DNA of 64,000 nucleotides from Paraspadella gotoi (lineage: Eukaryota > Animalia > Chaetognatha): the NCBI GenBank assembly GCA_051294375.1, contig CM119270.1, positions 10,622,766-10,686,765 of the forward strand. Direction: 5' to 3'. Positions 60,492-64,000 of the stretch are shown piece after piece (position 1 is the first letter of the stretch; each line of letters opens with the position of its first letter). The translations under genes and the position numbers were made by a program. Under the pieces are notes generated by a model. The model searched no databases and was not told where the DNA came from. It worked only from the letters and a program-made list of their open reading frames with translations.

Positions 60492-63400
60492 TGGAGAAAA
60501 CGGAGACGGGAAGAGAGGAGGGAAGGAATCTGAAATCGTTGAAGGATTGACAGAGAAAAAGTAGAAGTATGTAAATTTTTCACAAAGCCAACAAAAGAAA
60601 ACAAGAAAAAACTTCAAATATTAAATTGAAATAGCACTTTCGTTAAAGAAATCCTTAACGTTAAATAAGGGTAAGCACGCTCTTTATTCTACCTAAAATT
60701 AAATACCGTTGCGAACAAGAGTCAACGAAAACCCGAAAGATATCACATAGGGTTAATGAGACAATTAGTTTTACCAATAAAAACCAAATTTAAACTTGAT
60801 TATGTTTTTAAATAAAATTTTCTTAAAACAAAGTGAAGCGCACACAAAATCAGATTCGCGTTAAATTATGAAATATAAAATGTTTTTATATTATTAATTT
60901 AGTAAAAGTGTCTAAATTGATTGGACAAAAAGAAAGAACCGGAGGGTTTCTGCTCCTGTCTAGAATCATTTTTGAAGAAAAAGGTTGTGTAGAAAAAAAG
61001 TTGTTGTCTCGTCAAATTTTTTTGAAAAATTTTTTGGCTGAAAATAAAATAATTCCAAGAAAAAAAAACAATAAAAAGGACCCGCGGTTACTTGTATTGA
61101 CCAAAGTGTTCAGTACATCCACCTTGATGAATATATTGTGAATCTTTAAAGCCAAACATCAAAAAAAGGGGACGCCGGGTTTTGGAGAAAGCCTCTCTAA
61201 TACCACCATTAAAAAAGAAAATAAAAGACTAAAAAGCTTTCCTTCTTGGAGAAAAACATACTTTAAATCGCCTCATAAGATTAACAAAAAGAGAATATTT
61301 TTGACCAACAAAGTGAAGTAATCACCACCTATGAAAAAAAATTATATTCTATTGGCGTCAAGACTTATACTACTTATACTTTAACCAGCACAACCATAGA
61401 CTAACTTTAGACTACTTAAAGCTGAGAAGTGCATCAGGACTTTTTAATCTCTTTAACTCCAAACATTAACTGTTGAGTCTCTTAAAGATAATTTATTTAA
61501 ATTTTAAAAAAATGATACGACTCATAACGCGCTCTCATATGATTTGTTTATTATTACATTAATTCAGTGTTATAATTATTTCTTCATCCTAATATTGAAA
61601 ATAAAGATTTGACAACACAAAGTTTAAATTGATATTTTCCTATCTTATTATTCATTTTTATGTTATCAAAATTATATAAGTTACTAAATGAACCGAATTT
61701 TTAACCGAGACGTTTTTAGAAAAATGAACGGTTAAAGGAAACTAACTTTAGTTACAAGTTACGATTTAAAAAAAATGTAAGGTGTTGAAAAATGTCTCTG
61801 ACACACAGCAGAGACGAATCATGGCCACGATTTTGGATGAATATAAAAAGGCGTTCAACGCGACCTTTTCCCCCTCAATAAATTGAGGAACAATAAAGAA
61901 AAGATAAAAAGTTCAAGGTCGAGAAAAATCGATTAGGTTTCGGAATCGTCATCAAGATCCTTTTTTTTTCTTTGATATGGAAATGTTCAGGGTAAAAATC
62001 ATCTGGGCCCAGGTTTTGAGGCGACATCTGGATGTCCTGGCTTTTTTAAAACAAATTTGTATAATCTCAATTACTCGGCCTTGAGTTTTGGAGGAGAGAA
62101 AATAAAAGTTGATAACGTTGGATTTTTATATTTTTTTTTTTTTTTGACAATCCAAACCATGTCGAAAAGTCTTTTACTATCAATTGGAATGTGCAAAGAA
62201 TGATATCACTATTCCTATTTATTGTTTCACATGGTTTGGTTCTTACCAATGTTTTAACTACTTTAGGATATAATTAAGATCAACAGAGAGTTTCACAAAC
62301 CCTAAGTTAATCAAATAATCGTTTTTGTTTTTTTTTTTTAAAGAAAGGGGGATTTAGATACCTGACAGCCAAAATTCTTTAATTTCACAGGGAGAAAATT
62401 GTTTTTCATTCCGAATTTCTTCGACGAAGAATCATCTTGGTGTGCGCTGCTCATCTGGTATCATTTTAACTTGCGATAAATTTGAACATCAAGCCTGTCT
62501 TGTCACTGGACGTTTGTCTTGTCTCCAGTGTTTGGGGTTTCTCTTAAAAGAGACAGTAATTAATTGTTATGTGTCAGTGAACAGAAACCGTATCAATATA
62601 AGCAGTCCATGAGCTTCGGAGCAGCTGTAATACAACCGTGTTCAGTAATCAAAGAGTAATATCAATTTTTAATAAAGAAGATTAATCTACATTGAAAACT
62701 TGTTTGGATTAAAACAAAATCAGAAATATTTATAAATCTAACATTGGAAATTTCTCTTTCAGTAGCTTCCTTCCTTTTTTTTTTGTAGGTCAAATCGTAT
62801 TGAGTTAGAGGCAACAAAAATATTGTACTTAAAGATAAGAAATGATAAAAAAAAAAAATCAGATTAGTCTTCTAAAGCCATTTTTTGGTATTCTATTTAA
62901 TTTATTTTTATTTCGAATAAAGAGTTTAAGTTTATTCTTTTTTTAATTTTTTAAATTTGTAAATAACGCTTAAGCCTTGCACCTCTTTTTAGTTTAAAAA
63001 AGATACTATTATAAGCTCTAGAAAAAAGAGAGGAAATGATGCGCAACATCAACAATCAGGGCTGAAAGAATTGCATTAAAAGACATGTGGAAAAAAATAT
63101 TTCACTGTCATACCCTCAATTTTAATGTGCCCTGAAGAATGCAGGCAGTAATCAATGCCGAGGAAAAGACATATGCCAAATATTACAAATGTTTTTATCC
63201 TCATGTTATTGTGTACTTTTTTATGAGAATAAATAAATTAGGGAGTGATATTACATTTTTCTGAATAGGTATTTTATATAATGGGAAAAATTTTTATTTA
63301 ATTGAAAATACGAATTTCGATAAAAATTTTTTAAGGTACCGAAAATCTCATCTCTACTCTCTATCTCTCTCATCTCTCTCTCAATCCTCTCTCTCTCTCT

Positions 63401-63870
63401 CTCCTCTCTACTCTCTTTACTCTCTGTCCAAAGCGCTGATGAAAGGCTTGCAAGGTAAAAGCCGAAACAATGTCTGTTTTAAAATAAATCTACATCGTTT
63501 GTTGGTAAAAAACTTCGAGTCTTTAATCTCCATCGAATCTATTACGATAAGACACAACCAAAAGAAAAGAATTCTAAGCAACGATACCAAAAACATAATC
63601 AGACAAATAGTTTTTAATAGTTTTTAAAAATTTTAATTTTTCACAATAGAATTTTATTAATAATTTTTATAATCATAACTTTTGTTGCTATTCAAAGTAA
63701 ATTAGCAATTAACACATTCACTGAGGCCACACTTTCACACTAGAACGTTTCAGACGCGGGCCAAAGTCAAGGCGCCTCGATTCGCGACCGTTGTCGTCAC
63801 CCACGCGCGTGCACGTCTCAAGAGAGGGTACGTTGCGAGAGAGTAGAGAGAGAGAAGAAGAGAAAGAGAG

Positions 63871-63906
<36 letters not shown>

Positions 63907-64000
63907 AACGAAGAGAGAGAAGAGAGAGAGAGAGAAGAGAGAGGAGAGAGAAGAGAGAGAGATGAGAGAGTCGGGAGAAGCAGGATAAAGAATGAGCTTA

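Larger units (their letters stand above)
49060..63820 (+). other. Indel-riddled direct duplicate of 29858-43768 (probable unpolished long-read / false duplication)
   Basis: Colinear throughout with 29858-43768; differences are overwhelmingly 1-2 nt insertions/deletions spread evenly over exons and introns, plus bursts of A/T-rich junk (e.g. 51785-51862). Confidence 0.9.

Overview
Eukaryotic (invertebrate animal, probably protostome) genomic DNA from a gapped draft assembly: AT-rich, rich in (CT/AG)n and (GAC/GTC)n microsatellites, spliceosomal introns. Hand-splicing gives five intact genes: (1) Castor/CASZ1 zinc-finger transcription factor (+, 3031-17577, 12 exons in window, probably 5'-partial, nine Castor-type fingers plus AT-hook-like and eh1-like motifs); (2) secreted trypsin-family protease with an N-terminal ricin-B-type lectin domain (+, 27336-30277, one GC-AG intron); (3) HR96/NR1J-type nuclear receptor (-, 37802-32420) with a long post-AF2 tail; (4) an unrecognised 124-aa multi-pass membrane protein gene nested antisense in an LBD intron of that receptor (+, 33577-34333); (5) CFAP36/CCDC104 (-, 40575-38690). 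Intergenic DNA carries MITEs, Helentron/HINE-like elements and a tRNA-derived SINE-like insertion with TSD. 49060-63820 is an indel-riddled second copy of 29858-43768, and 7085-9718 is a noisy inverted duplication; both look like unpolished long-read assembly artefacts rather than true paralogues. All calls are by eye from motifs and splice-phase consistency; no database search was run.
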